Positions 62,200 to 64,000 of a DNA stretch of 64,000 bases are shown one piece after another. The stretch covers positions 128,001 to 192,000 of the forward strand of contig CAVOID010000011.1 of NCBI GenBank assembly GCA_963695875.1, read 5' to 3'. The notes beneath the pieces are model-generated. The model searched no databases. It was not told the origin of the DNA and saw only the letters and a list, made by a program, of their open reading frames with translations. The stretch comes from an uncultured delta proteobacterium. Its GTDB lineage: Bacteria > Desulfobacterota > Syntrophia > Syntrophales > UBA2185. The stretch's first letter is position 1; every line of letters starts with the position of its first letter. The translations under genes and the position numbers were made by a program.

Positions 62200-63633
62200 A
62201 TGAGCGCGCGAAAGAAAAAAATCCTGATTATCGCGGGAGCTATCGCGGTGCTTCTTGTGATTGCAGCTGTAGCGATTATCGCACTGGTAGACATCAATTC
62301 CTATAAGGCAAAGATAGAATCCGCGGCTTCAGAGGTAACCGGCATGGAAGTCCTCATAAAGGGAAGGATGGGGTTCTCCCTGTTTCCCTTCGGCGTCTCT
62401 GCCGGAGACGTTATAGTCAGCAGCAAGGAGGGAGAGGTCATTTCTGTCGAAAAGCTCCATATAGGTGTCGAGCTGATACCTCTTCTGAAAAAGCAATTCA
62501 GTGTAAAGGATTGCGAGCTTGTCAAACCAGCCGTCACAATTGTGAGAGACGCGGCGGGAAGGTACAACTTTGAAGGGGTGGAAAAGAAGCCTGCCCCGAA
62601 AAGGGCGCGAACAGCCTTCAGCATAAACGAGATTAAACTTTCGCATGGCGCGCTTGTGTATATAGACAAGAAGACAGATAACAGGACGGAGATGAAAGAT
62701 CTCAATATAGCAATCAATGACCTATCGGCAGGCAATACGGGCGAAGATATTTTAACGAATATTTCCTTTGCCGGGAAGATAGACTGCGGGGAGGTCAGGC
62801 GCAAGAATCTGATCATTGAAAACGTCAGGGCCGAAACCAAGGCCGGTAAAGGTATATTAAGTATCACACCGCTTACTATGGATATCTTCGGGGGCAAGGC
62901 CGAAGGCGGCATTACGGTGGATATGTCTGCACATCCAGAATCCTATAAAGTCAATCTCAAACTTTCGAAATTCAGTTTTGAGAAATTCTACGCGGTACTG
63001 GAAAAGAAAATGACCATCGGCGGCGAAGGAACGATAACGGCTTCCCTGACTGCCCACGGAAAAGACTCCCGCCAAATCATGCAAAGCCTGAGCGGAAAAT
63101 TTTCGCTCCGGGGCGAGAATCTTACCATTTATACTATGGACCTCGACAAGTTTATAGCGAAGTTTGAAGAGACGCAGAAATTCACCCTCATCGATGTCGG
63201 CGCTTTCTTCCTTGCCGGCCCTATCGGTATCGCCGCCACCAAAGGGTACAATTATGGGAACTTCTACGTCCAGACCTGGGGAGGAACGGGCGCCATCAAG
63301 AAGCTAATCTCCGAATGGGAAATAAATAATGGAACGGCTGACGCCGCCGACTGTGCCCTCGCCACAGAGCACAATCGGATTGCCATCAGAGGGAGGCTCG
63401 ATCTTGCAAATGATAGATACGACAATATGTTCGTCGCGGTTCTTGATGACAAGGGCTGCGCCAGGTTCGAACAAAAGATCAGCGGACCCTTCAGCAGCCC
63501 GAGGATAGGCGCCGTGAGCGCATTCCAGTCCATGGGCGGGCCTGTTATGAATCTCTGGTCCAAAGCAAGAAGCCTTATGGATGGCGGCAAGTGCGAAGTA
63601 TTTTATCGCGGTTCGGTACAGCACCCAAAATAA
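62200..63633 (+). CDS. AsmA family protein
   Basis: N-terminal anchor, DINSYKAKIE...TG, LIPLLKK, FGGK beta-rich body. Confidence 0.85.
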   Translation: MSARKKKILIIAGAIAVLLVIAAVAIIALVDINSYKAKIESAASEVTGMEVLIKGRMGFSLFPFGVSAGDVIVSSKEGEVISVEKLHIGVELIPLLKKQFSVKDCELVKPAVTIVRDAAGRYNFEGVEKKPAPKRARTAFSINEIKLSHGALVYIDKKTDNRTEMKDLNIAINDLSAGNTGEDILTNISFAGKIDCGEVRRKNLIIENVRAETKAGKGILSITPLTMDIFGGKAEGGITVDMSAHPESYKVNLKLSKFSFEKFYAVLEKKMTIGGEGTITASLTAHGKDSRQIMQSLSGKFSLRGENLTIYTMDLDKFIAKFEETQKFTLIDVGAFFLAGPIGIAATKGYNYGNFYVQTWGGTGAIKKLISEWEINNGTADAADCALATEHNRIAIRGRLDLANDRYDNMFVAVLDDKGCARFEQKISGPFSSPRIGAVSAFQSMGGPVMNLWSKARSLMDGGKCEVFYRGSVQHPK

Positions 63634-64000
63634 TAATTCTGTCGTCTGAAAACACAAAAAACACATTTGACGTAGATCCCTCATGTCTCTCCAGCAGTTT
63701 CCATGGCGTTTTGAAATTAAACCACTTGCATGAAAGGCTCGACTTAAATGCCAGGTCTTTCGCCCTTGCATCAACAATCCTGTCTGATGGAACGGCATAT
63801 GCTGAAGGTGTCTTCACTCTGGAGTAGTGTAGTTTCGTCGCACCTATCACAGATAATTCAAGAGAAAAATAATAAAGCAAACTTGCCAGAACAAGAATTA
63901 TAATGGTTATTGCTATAATTATTTTTTTTTCGTCGGTGTCATTGTCTCATTAATCAATCGGCGGCAATATGAAATTGATATTCCCTGAACCTGACAACAG

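Noticed and set aside
63660..63843. Group II intron 5' end (GTGCGA on minus strand) or 101-aa ORF
   Set aside because: No domain V or reverse transcriptase follows; a short match is expected by chance; the ORF has no recognisable motif
1..64000. Numerous antisense or nested ORFs in the six-frame track (e.g. 6407-7081, 42410-43081, 58006-58617, 62301-62912)
   Set aside because: They are shadows of well-supported genes on the opposite strand with no independent motifs

Overview
This is a bacterial chromosomal window, probably from an anaerobic Desulfobacterota/Syntrophales-like organism (inferred from gene content only). No rRNA, tRNA or CRISPR array was recognised. Layout: (1-4.6 kb) a signalling cluster of a multi-PAS protein, a histidine kinase, a response regulator and a hybrid kinase; (4.6-13.4 kb) two ~4.3-kb accessory blocks delimited by three copies of the comM/yifB 3' end, carrying an orphan gene, AbiE toxin-antitoxin, a hydrolase, rhlE, an AAA ATPase and csp; (13.5-25 kb) ilvE, lolA and a glycogen cluster ending in a GT3 synthase-GT35 phosphorylase fusion; (25.3-29.2 kb) an AT-rich island with a MazF-type TA pair and a Dam-like methylase plus ParB-like gene; (29-47 kb) mostly core genes including proA, nadD, TPM/NTase/lemA, an ExeA-like ATPase and cstA; (47-64 kb) a lone etfB, a metallophosphoesterase-nucleotidyltransferase fusion, more kinases, btsSR, pspC and an AsmA-family gene. 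Several MITE families are scattered through the window. Many genes carry 1-nt frameshifts, densest at 13.5-22 kb and 25-29 kb; these look like long-read consensus errors. The most interesting signals are the integrase-less tandem cassette array at the comM 3' end, a possible coiled-coil docking pair linking a separately encoded PAS sensor to its kinase, the phosphoesterase-nucleotidyltransferase fusion, and BtsR-type boxes upstream of cstA.
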